IMG/VR virus record: IMGVR_UViG_3300021432_000004
Span: 1-35,913 of that record
DNA: 35,913 nt
Source of the DNA: a virus
Strand: one strand, 5' to 3'
This document shows, in pieces, positions 25,808 to 32,753 of the stretch. The notes below the pieces were generated by a model. That model did not search any database, was not told the DNA's origin, and saw only the letters and a program-made list of their open reading frames with translations. The translations under genes were made by a program, and so were the position numbers. How positions within the stretch are numbered: position 1 is the stretch's first letter; the number at the start of each line of letters is the position of its first letter.

Positions 25808-25897
25808 ATGAATGAATTGCATGTAACCGGCGACGGCGGCGGCCAGCGTCCCCCTCCTACTGCTCCTGCCAAGAAACCAGGCCCCAAGAAAAAATGA
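25808..25897 (+). CDS. Possible 29-aa Pro/Lys-rich micro-ORF
   Basis: ATG 25808 after AGGAAA. Product MNELHVTGDGGGQRPPPTAPAKKPGPKKK. ATGA overlap with the next gene. Confidence 0.35.
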   Translation: MNELHVTGDGGGQRPPPTAPAKKPGPKKK

Positions 25898-26307
25898 CTT
25901 CCTGGCTAACCAGGCTCGCTGCGGCACTCTTCATTCTGTGGAGTGCCGCTCTGTATTCCTATTTCTGCACGCCGAAGGTCTTCCCCGCGTATTATTTCGA
26001 GGTGGGCACCTTCGACTGCTTCATGGTATGCGCGTTGCCCCTGCTTGGCAATAATGCCGTGATAAGAGACCTGCAAAAAATAAATTTCTGCGCCGTGGCG
26101 ATTCACGGTTTTGGTTTCGTGATTTACATGCTGTATTTTCCCCCTGCTGCATACAACGCGGCACTTGTCGGCCTGAAGGTGCTTGAATGGACACGCCTAT
26201 TGATGGTTAGACACGATGACAACCTTCCTGGAAATTGTTTCAGGCTTGATCTGGTTTTTGACGCTCTTATTCGTCGCACGTACCCGACTGTTAAAGAGGC
26301 AACTTAA
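25894..26307 (+). CDS. Multi-pass membrane protein, 137 aa (holin or exclusion candidate)
   Basis: Three to four hydrophobic segments. It is the first gene of the lysis block. Confidence 0.7.
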   Translation: MTSWLTRLAAALFILWSAALYSYFCTPKVFPAYYFEVGTFDCFMVCALPLLGNNAVIRDLQKINFCAVAIHGFGFVIYMLYFPPAAYNAALVGLKVLEWTRLLMVRHDDNLPGNCFRLDLVFDALIRRTYPTVKEAT

Positions 26308-26561
26308 TGCCCGTCGAAGACAATACGCTGCTCAAGTCGATTGCCGAACATCCTCGCACGGCAATAGCGGTGCCGCTGACCACGGCGGCGGTGGGGCAAC
26401 TGACCTTGATCGCGCAATTGCAAAGCTGGCTGACGCTGGCCTCGATGTGCCTGGGCCTGATGGTGGGCTTGATCTTGATGCGCACGCGTTGGCTGGAAAT
26501 GAAAAAGGCCGAGCTGGAACTCAGGAACCACACGGAGGGGAAGCATGAAAATAATCGCTGA
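26307..26561 (+). CDS. Holin-like two-TM protein, 84 aa
   Basis: Two hydrophobic helices plus a charged C-terminal tail. TAATG coupling; upstream of the endolysin. Confidence 0.7.
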   Translation: MPVEDNTLLKSIAEHPRTAIAVPLTTAAVGQLTLIAQLQSWLTLASMCLGLMVGLILMRTRWLEMKKAELELRNHTEGKHENNR

Positions 26562-26793
26562 GTGGCGTTGTGCCTACCGTTATCTGACCGTCAAGCTAGC
26601 GCTGCTGGTAGCGATGGTGGCCGCCTGTGAACCTATTTCCCCCGTCTTGCAACAGTATTTGCCACATGGATGGTATGGATGGGCTGCGATTGTGATAGCC
26701 CTCGCGCGCCTGGTGCCTCAGCCCATCGCCCCCGACAAAGGGGCTGCATTGAAACGCCGTTCTGCCGATAGGGGAAATGATCATGACGAATGA
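26545..26793 (+). CDS. Second small two-TM protein, 82 aa (holin/antiholin candidate)
   Basis: GGAGGGG RBS, two hydrophobic segments and a charged tail. Confidence 0.65.
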   Translation: MKIIAEWRCAYRYLTVKLALLVAMVAACEPISPVLQQYLPHGWYGWAAIVIALARLVPQPIAPDKGAALKRRSADRGNDHDE

Positions 26794-27304
26794 TGAACTG
26801 GTTGAAATCATGCCGTACGCGTTTGAGCGAGCGGCAAAGTTTGTCGATCCACTCAATGCGACGATGGCAGAATTCGACATCACGACGCCCTTGCGCCAGG
26901 CGGCGTTCGTCGCCCAGATCGGCCATGAATCGGGACAATTCCGCTATGTGAAGGAAACCGCGAGCGGCGACGCCTACGAAGGGCGCGCGGACTTGGGGAA
27001 TAACGTCCCAGGCGACGGCGTCCTGTTTAAGGGGCGAGGCCTGATCCAAATTACCGGACGCACCAATTACGCCGATCTGTGCCTGGCATTGAATATCGAC
27101 TGCTTGGACCATCCTGAGATTCTGGAGCAGCCTGAAAATGCCTGCCGTTCTGCAGGCTGGTATTGGAAGACGCGTGGCCTCAATCAGTTGGCCGACGTGC
27201 AGGATTTTGAGCGCATCACACGTCGTATCAATGGCGGCTTGAACGGACAAGAGGATAGGCTTGCGCTGTATGCCAAGGCAAAGCAGGTACTAGGATGCCT
27301 CTAA
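26777..27304 (+). CDS. Endolysin, glycoside hydrolase family 19 type
   Basis: Motifs FVAQIGHESGQFRY, GDGVLFKGRGLIQITGRTNY and RRINGGLNGQEDR match GH19 phage lysozymes. Confidence 0.9.
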   Translation: MIMTNDELVEIMPYAFERAAKFVDPLNATMAEFDITTPLRQAAFVAQIGHESGQFRYVKETASGDAYEGRADLGNNVPGDGVLFKGRGLIQITGRTNYADLCLALNIDCLDHPEILEQPENACRSAGWYWKTRGLNQLADVQDFERITRRINGGLNGQEDRLALYAKAKQVLGCL

Positions 27305-27804
27305 CCTTCTTGCTGCGCGTAGCGCCCTATGCAGCTCTGCTGATTGTATTGGGCCTGACTGGCACCTATCTGCACCATAAAGGCTTTGCGGAAGGCAGCG
27401 CTGAGGTGCAAGCGACATTCGATAAGCATCTACTGCAAGATCAACAGGCGCTAGAGGCGGCAAACGCTGCCGAGCGCGTCAAAGAACAGAAACACGCGCA
27501 AGACATCGCCGAAGCCGATCAACGCCGCCAGGAGGCAATCCAAAATGTCAAAGACGAATATGAAAAGCTTATTGCCGGCATGCGTGCTGATGCTATCCGC
27601 GTGCGCAACAACCGTGCCGCCGTCTGCGCCGGTATTCCAGCCAGCGCAACTGCCGCCAGTGCCAGCAGCAGTGATGCGGGAGCGACAAGCCAACTTTCTG
27701 ACGCAGATGCGCAATTTTTGTTGCACATCGGAGAGCAAGCCGACGAAGTAGTGGAACAGCTTTCCTCTTGTCAGGCGATTTTGAAAGCAGAACGACTCGA
27801 CTGA
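27295..27804 (+). CDS. i-spanin (Rz-like)
   Basis: N-terminal TM helix, a coiled-coil periplasmic domain, and the embedded o-spanin ORF. Follows the endolysin. Confidence 0.8.
   Translation: MPLTFLLRVAPYAALLIVLGLTGTYLHHKGFAEGSAEVQATFDKHLLQDQQALEAANAAERVKEQKHAQDIAEADQRRQEAIQNVKDEYEKLIAGMRADAIRVRNNRAAVCAGIPASATAASASSSDAGATSQLSDADAQFLLHIGEQADEVVEQLSSCQAILKAERLD
27545..27751 (+). CDS. o-spanin (Rz1-like lipoprotein) embedded in the +1 frame of the i-spanin
   Basis: Signal peptide with lipobox LMLSAC, then a Pro-rich mature part. Entirely inside 27295-27804. The start may be ATG 27560. Confidence 0.75.
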   Translation: MSKTNMKSLLPACVLMLSACATTVPPSAPVFQPAQLPPVPAAVMRERQANFLTQMRNFCCTSESKPTK

Positions 27805-27817
27805 CGCCGATTTCTCT

Positions 27818-27838
27818 TAACGCTGTGAAGCGCTGGAG
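27818..27838 (+). promoter_or_regulatory. Tetraloop hairpin + GGAG cassette, copy 5 (TAACGCT-GTGA-AGCG-CTGGAG)
   Basis: The core is identical to copy 1. GGAG lies 6 nt before ATG 27845. Confidence 0.65.
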
Positions 27839-27844
27839 TCCATA

Positions 27845-29146
27845 ATGAGTACTGCACCGACTAGCATCTATCTGACCCAATTCATGGGACAGGTCTACGA
27901 TCAAGCCGACCAAGGCGCTTGCGTGCCTAATGCCATGATGGCATCGATTAATTTGATCGAGCGCGAACAAGGCAAACAGGCATTTAACGGCTCCAGGGAT
28001 TTCGTGTATTGGAATGGGCAAGAGGACATTTCTCACCATTCCATACCCTATGGGACAGTTACCTCGGAAGTCCTGGCTGATTTAGAGACGAAAGGCGTCG
28101 CGCCGGAATCCATGTGGTCCTATAACGACACCAATGCACTGACAAAGGCGCCGGATGCCGTCTATCAGGAAGCGCTGAAGCATACGATAACCAGCTACGA
28201 CGCCGACTTGTTGGCACCGGCTCAGCAAAATTATGTAATGCTGAATTGGATTGTCGGGGAATTGAAGCAGGGCAAGCCGGTGCAGATGGATTTCAATGCC
28301 AAGACTTGGCTAACCTATGAGCATGGAGCATTGAATACATTGCACGTTCCAGTTGATCCTAATGGTGCTGGATTACTTGGAGGCCATTGCACGACAATTG
28401 TAGGCTATGATGCACATTTGGATGCTTCTCCACAAAACCCACTTGGTTCTCTCATCATTCAAAATTCATGGGGGACAGGTTATGGCGACAACGGATTAGA
28501 AGTGATTCCTTTGGCTGAATTCCCTGGAGATTTTAGTCCTATCAATGGACAGCCTAATGTGTGGGAATTGTATGCAATCAGTGGCTTTGAAGGTGTTGAC
28601 CAGAAATACACAGCTTCTAAAGCTCAAGTGTCTGACGCCTATACGACGATCTTGCAACGCGCGCCAGAAGCGGCCGGCATGAACTTTTTTTCCAGTTTGT
28701 TGGACAATGCAACGGTCAATCTTGATCAGATTTACGACAGCATGTTTAACTCTTCCGAAGGCCAAGCTATCTACGGCGGCATGAGCCATGCGCAGATCGT
28801 CACGCAGATGTATCGCTCAGTGCTCAATCGTGATCCTGATGCTGCTGGGTTTGCGTTCTTCTTGAACAGGTTAGATACTGGCGCATGCACGCCTGGGCAA
28901 ATGTATGAGCAGACCATTGCCGCAGTTAAGGGCATCACATCCGGCAATGATTTGATGGGACATGACTATCTGCTGAATAAAGAGGATATGGGGGAGTATT
29001 ACAGTATCGCGATGCAAATCGACGGCACTCACAGCGCGTTGGCACATAACATTATTTCGCAAGTTACGTCTGACGCCAATCAGTGCCAAATCGTCAAAGT
29101 GGGCATTGCGCCACAGTTGGGCGCGGATTGGAACGTGCATTCTTAA
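27845..29146 (+). CDS. Papain-like (C1) cysteine peptidase fused to two DUF4214 repeats
   Basis: Catalytic-type motifs DQGACVPNA (Cys), GGHCTTIVGYD (His) and IQNSWGTGYGDNG (Asn). C-terminal LQRAPEAAGMNFF and LNRDPDAAGFAFFLNRL are DUF4214-like. Confidence 0.85.
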   Translation: MSTAPTSIYLTQFMGQVYDQADQGACVPNAMMASINLIEREQGKQAFNGSRDFVYWNGQEDISHHSIPYGTVTSEVLADLETKGVAPESMWSYNDTNALTKAPDAVYQEALKHTITSYDADLLAPAQQNYVMLNWIVGELKQGKPVQMDFNAKTWLTYEHGALNTLHVPVDPNGAGLLGGHCTTIVGYDAHLDASPQNPLGSLIIQNSWGTGYGDNGLEVIPLAEFPGDFSPINGQPNVWELYAISGFEGVDQKYTASKAQVSDAYTTILQRAPEAAGMNFFSSLLDNATVNLDQIYDSMFNSSEGQAIYGGMSHAQIVTQMYRSVLNRDPDAAGFAFFLNRLDTGACTPGQMYEQTIAAVKGITSGNDLMGHDYLLNKEDMGEYYSIAMQIDGTHSALAHNIISQVTSDANQCQIVKVGIAPQLGADWNVHS

Positions 29147-29257
29147 TTGACCCATCCGGCACGCCTAAGCGTGGGCCATGCGGTTTGCTGCTATGCGCAC
29201 CCCTGCAGCTAGAGTCCAAGGAAGCCCATAAGGGCTGCGGCGCACTCGCTGACGACG

Positions 29258-29371
29258 TTAATCTGAATTCTCTTCCCTATTGCGCGGTCGGTAAGTGTTG
29301 CTGCGCGAAATGGCGAGAAACATTAATGTGAAAAAGCCTCCCAGGATCGCCAAGATGGTCAGCGCGCTCAC
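29258..29371 (-). CDS. Possible 37-aa single-TM peptide (GTG start, not in ORF track)
   Basis: GTGA overlap with the stop of 29368-29598. Product MSALTILAILGGFFTLMFLAISRSNTYRPRNREENSD. No clear RBS. Confidence 0.35.
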   Translation of the reverse strand: MSALTILAILGGFFTLMFLAISRSNTYRPRNREENSD

Positions 29372-29598
29372 AGCAACGCACTCAGACGGGACATGATGCT
29401 GCGGAAACTATCGGCTGCCTCTTGACTCAAGGTCTGCGCGTGGTTTTCCAATTCCTGCATTACGCTGACTTTGGCGAATTCCTTTTCGTCGGCTGCTAGT
29501 TTGGCTGTGATAGCAAGAACGCTATTTGTCCATTGTTCGACGTTGGCCTGCGCTTCCTGCAAATTGGCCTTGTCCTGGTCGATGGTAGCTTGATCCAT
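29368..29598 (-). CDS. Hypothetical coiled-coil protein, 76 aa
   Basis: Co-oriented and tightly packed in the leftward operon. Confidence 0.7.
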   Translation of the reverse strand: MDQATIDQDKANLQEAQANVEQWTNSVLAITAKLAADEKEFAKVSVMQELENHAQTLSQEAADSFRSIMSRLSALL

Positions 29599-29601
29599 GT
29601 T

Positions 29602-29889
29602 TTACCTTTCGTTGTTGAATAAATCGACTTGTTGCAAAAAGATTATAGGCGCTGCACGTTCAAACTTCCGAAAAATCTCTGCACGTGTCGGAATCTCTGC
29701 GGCATCCTTCATTTGAAACGCTGCCAAAACGGGTTGGCAATCACTCAGGCTGGGCCGGTATCCTTGCCTAGTGATCTCCAAGCGATGGGCATTGAAAAGC
29801 GCGTACAGGCCGCTCTCGCGATGCCAGTAGGCCTTCCCGCCTTGCGCCGGCTCAGGAGCATTGGCCCAGCCTGGAGTGACCGGCTTCAT
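29602..29889 (-). CDS. Hypothetical protein, 95 aa
   Basis: ATGA overlap with the upstream gene. Confidence 0.7.
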   Translation of the reverse strand: MKPVTPGWANAPEPAQGGKAYWHRESGLYALFNAHRLEITRQGYRPSLSDCQPVLAAFQMKDAAEIPTRAEIFRKFERAAPIIFLQQVDLFNNER

Positions 29890-30077
29890 GCCGCTTTGCG
29901 GCGGTCATCTGGCTTGTAGAGCGATGCGCGCAAGCCTGGGCTGAATTCTTCCAGCTTTGAATTGTGCAAGCTGATATAAAATTTCAGATCATAAGCCGTC
30001 ACTTCTTGATCGCCGTGCAATTCGGTGCGGACGTTGATGTGGGAAAGTTCGACTGTTTCGCGGTTTAGATGGAACAT
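29886..30077 (-). CDS. Hypothetical protein, 63 aa
   Basis: AGGAG-like RBS (rc of ctcct at 30084-30088); coupled downstream. Confidence 0.65.
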   Translation of the reverse strand: MFHLNRETVELSHINVRTELHGDQEVTAYDLKFYISLHNSKLEEFSPGLRASLYKPDDRRKAA

Positions 30078-30103
30078 TCACTTCTCCTATTGATAAATTA
30101 ATT

Positions 30104-30352
30104 TTAATCGGAGCCGGAGCCGTAGCCGTAGCCGTAGCCGGAGCCGGAGCCGTAGCCGTCGCCGTCGCCGTAGCCGGAGCCGGAGCCGTCGCCGTCGCCG
30201 TCGCCGTCGCCGGAGCCGGAGCCGTAGCCAGAGCCGGAGCCGTAGCCGGAGCCGTAGCCGTCGCCGGAGCCGGAGCCGTCGCCGGAGCCGTCGCCGTAGC
30301 CGGAGCCGTCGCCGGAGCCGTAGCCGGAGCGAAACACTTTATCTGTAATCAT
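30104..30352 (-). CDS. Gly-(Ser/Tyr/Asp) dipeptide-repeat protein, 82 aa
   Basis: From ATG 30352 (alternative GTG 30373): MITDKVFR followed by 74 residues made only of G, S, Y and D in a strict alternation of X and G. Confidence 0.65.
   Translation of the reverse strand: MITDKVFRSGYGSGDGSGYGDGSGDGSGSGDGYGSGYGSGSGYGSGSGDGDGDGDGSGSGYGDGDGYGSGSGYGYGYGSGSD
30107..30328. repeat. Imperfect hexanucleotide tandem array (GCCGNN on + strand), about 37 units
   Basis: Read directly: GCCGGA/GCCGTA/GCCGTC units. Coding for GS/GY/GD on the minus strand. Confidence 0.9.
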
Positions 30353-30707
30353 GGATGCTCTCACGTATTCCACTGGCCACAGGAATCAACTCACAAACGC
30401 CAGTCAAATAAATTTCAGGATTGATTACGTCGAGTTTTGATTTTCCAGGTTGCAGCCCTTTTTGGGCTACACCCGAAAGCGCGACTCCATCAGCGGCTTT
30501 CCAACTCCACAAACGCCGGGAATTTTTCAGAATGACGTTTTCGCCATCTACGCTGACCACTTCGCCAGCATGCACGCCGGCCGCATAGCATCGCGCGATG
30601 ACGTACTTTCCTACCATTGGGTTCTGCAAAGCTGTTTGCGTTTGTGATGAGCTAAACAAAGAGGCTAATTCTTTGGCTTGGCCGATTGTCAAATCATTGA
30701 TATTCAT
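30339..30707 (-). CDS. Hypothetical protein, 122 aa (conserved-looking phage early protein)
   Basis: AAGGAGAAAG RBS region upstream of ATG 30707. Globular composition. Confidence 0.75.
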   Translation of the reverse strand: MNINDLTIGQAKELASLFSSSQTQTALQNPMVGKYVIARCYAAGVHAGEVVSVDGENVILKNSRRLWSWKAADGVALSGVAQKGLQPGKSKLDVINPEIYLTGVCELIPVASGIRESIHDYR

Positions 30708-30735
30708 ACTTTCTCCTTAGTGGGTACTGCTGTTA

Positions 30736-31020
30736 TTATGGGTAAGCGATTAATTTCAATTCTTCTTTTTGCTGGACAAGCACGCCGCATTGGCTTGCTA
30801 TGCTTAAAATTGAATTCAAAGTTTCTCGTATGCTTTCTATTCCTTCTGAACAATCTACTGGAGTGTTTCCCGTAGCCGCTTTCAGAACTGCATTCAAGTC
30901 ACCTTGTATTGATGAGCAAAGTTTTTGCAATTCAATTTTTAGCCGTTCATGCTCCGCTCGCACGGTTGAATATTTCCCGCGTGCGAGCAAAACTTCTGTA
31001 TCGAATTGACTAAGGTCCAT
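30736..31020 (-). CDS. Hypothetical helical protein, 94 aa
   Basis: The start abuts the stop of the SSB-like gene (TGATATGG context). Confidence 0.7.
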   Translation of the reverse strand: MDLSQFDTEVLLARGKYSTVRAEHERLKIELQKLCSSIQGDLNAVLKAATGNTPVDCSEGIESIRETLNSILSIASQCGVLVQQKEELKLIAYP

Positions 31021-31021
31021 A

Positions 31022-31660
31022 TCAGAAAGGGATATCTTCGTCTAAATCAATTTCAGACAGTCCTGATTGATGCTGAATCGATTGTTGTGATGATTTCTTT
31101 TTCAAAGGCCGGTCGCTTAATTGTGCAAGCAAAACAGGTAGCATTTCTGGCTTGGTTTTCTTATCAAGAATTTCTGATGCAACCATTTCAGTAGCAGAGT
31201 CAAAAACCTGGAACAATTCAAGACGCCAAGCTGTTTCACCTGTCTTTACTGCGTCCTTCATTTTTTCGTATTCAGTAGAGCGAAACAACACACCAATTGG
31301 TTTATTCAACAAATCCGCGAATACTTCTGCATCTACTATTTCGTTTGCGCGTGTCTCATTATTCCAACGATCTACCTTGCCACTTGATGGCTTGATATTT
31401 CTAAGGCGCAAGCACGTCATGATAGCCATCAAAGCTTTGAAGCCAACAAGTTGAGAGCCCTCTTTGTCTGTCGTCCATATATCAAAGCGTGTAGTCCGAT
31501 TATCGTTATTCTTAAAAGTAAAGCCGATACCGTGCGTACCTTTCTTGCTGCTGACTAATTTTTCAGCGCGAGTAAAAATGCCTTTATATTTCCCAGTATC
31601 AGTTAAATAATTGCTGATTTTTTCTGCTTCACGCGCTGATTGTGTATTGAGTTCGTACAT
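31022..31660 (-). CDS. Phage single-strand DNA-binding-like protein (DUF669-type) with SSB C-terminal tip
   Basis: Ends LSEIDLDEDIPF, the canonical acidic SSB tail. Sits directly downstream of the Sak4-like ATPase. AAGGA RBS. Confidence 0.75.
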   Translation of the reverse strand: MYELNTQSAREAEKISNYLTDTGKYKGIFTRAEKLVSSKKGTHGIGFTFKNNDNRTTRFDIWTTDKEGSQLVGFKALMAIMTCLRLRNIKPSSGKVDRWNNETRANEIVDAEVFADLLNKPIGVLFRSTEYEKMKDAVKTGETAWRLELFQVFDSATEMVASEILDKKTKPEMLPVLLAQLSDRPLKKKSSQQSIQHQSGLSEIDLDEDIPF

Positions 31661-31662
31661 GG

Positions 31663-32310
31663 TTAATCCTTGGTTAAATAATAGGCTTGGATTGCATCGT
31701 CAACGAGTTTTAAATCGTTTTCAATATGCTCGGTTTCAAAAAGTCCCATTGGGGACTTACATGTATTGCTACCATTGTTTTGCGTTTCAAAAATATAGTT
31801 TTGATTGACGACCTTTGTTTGCAAAACGATTGTCAACATGGATTCTACTGGGCAGGCTTGGTCTATCATCTTGCCGATTGTTTTTGCTTTCGTCTGACCG
31901 CTTTCGCTTACCTCTGTATGACCCAAAAGATAGACACGGACATCTTCAGCCATGCCAGATGTAGCCATCAATAAATCCCAAGCAGCGCGTCCTATCTCGG
32001 TAAATTTTTGATAGCCTTTTTCATCTGAGCGGCGCATGAAAGAATTTGTCATCGTCAAATTCCAGTCATCTATCACGATTATTTTCCGCTTTGTTTTTTG
32101 CATTAAATTTATTATTTTTGCAGAGTCATCGCAGACAAAAATATTCCCTTCCTTACAGGTTTGTGCATTGAAATATTTCCAATGCGAAGACCTAAAAGGC
32201 AAAGGCTTTTTTATTGGTTGAATCAGGAGGGTATTTTGTGGATCGAGATTGCGAAGACTGGTAGATTTTCCTGTGCCAGATTCGCCTATGATGAGCGCTG
32301 CTATAGACAT
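31663..32310 (-). CDS. Sak4-like (AAA_24-type) RecA-fold ATPase
   Basis: Walker A GESGTGKST, Walker B KIIVIDDW. About 215 aa, paired with the SSB-like gene. Confidence 0.8.
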   Translation of the reverse strand: MSIAALIIGESGTGKSTSLRNLDPQNTLLIQPIKKPLPFRSSHWKYFNAQTCKEGNIFVCDDSAKIINLMQKTKRKIIVIDDWNLTMTNSFMRRSDEKGYQKFTEIGRAAWDLLMATSGMAEDVRVYLLGHTEVSESGQTKAKTIGKMIDQACPVESMLTIVLQTKVVNQNYIFETQNNGSNTCKSPMGLFETEHIENDLKLVDDAIQAYYLTKD

Positions 32311-32362
32311 GATTTTCCTTGGTTTTTACTTGGTTTTAAATGGGTTGTTTTTGCAATATAGT

Positions 32363-32557
32363 TTAGAAAGGACAGTTATGCAATTTAATATATTTGTCTT
32401 GTTCTTTCTTTTCTTTTTCTGTCAGTTCAATAAATTCAATCGAACTTGGAGGAAGCTTAGAAAGCCTGATTTGTTCTCTAGCGGTTTCTCCTTGCCTACG
32501 CTGTAATTCAGTGATTGGTTTTCTTTGAAAGTTTTTCATGGCTTCAATATTTCTCAA
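32363..32557 (-). CDS. Hypothetical basic protein, 64 aa
   Basis: Overlaps the upstream gene by 14 nt; co-oriented. Confidence 0.55.
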   Translation of the reverse strand: MRNIEAMKNFQRKPITELQRRQGETAREQIRLSKLPPSSIEFIELTEKEKKEQDKYIKLHNCPF

Positions 32558-32753
32558 TAATAAGCGCCAAAATAATCAACGCTGATATCACACAAAGTTT
32601 TATGACAGTTCGCGTAAAACTTTCTTCCGATGGCAAGCCCAACATCGCGTCAGATAGCTGATGCGGCCGGTTCAGCTTCTCGCGTACCTTAATAGCGCGC
32701 TTGATTGTGCGGCGTGCACTGAGGTCGCTTAGGTAAGCGCGAAGGTGTTTCAT
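32544..32753 (-). CDS. Small tail-anchored membrane protein, 69 aa
   Basis: C-terminal hydrophobic helix VIKLCVISALIILALII. ATGA-type overlap with the Cys-repeat gene. Confidence 0.65.
   Translation of the reverse strand: MKHLRAYLSDLSARRTIKRAIKVREKLNRPHQLSDAMLGLPSEESFTRTVIKLCVISALIILALIIEKY

Noticed and set aside
29083-29331. 82-aa plus-strand ORF overlapping the end of the peptidase gene
   Set aside because: It overlaps the well-supported peptidase CDS in another frame, has no RBS, and extends into the convergent terminator region.
29147-29367. Bidirectional intrinsic terminator in the convergent gap
   Set aside because: Only short stems (for example AGCCC-ATAA-GGGCT at 29223-29236) without convincing U-tracts were found. 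That is not strong enough to annotate.
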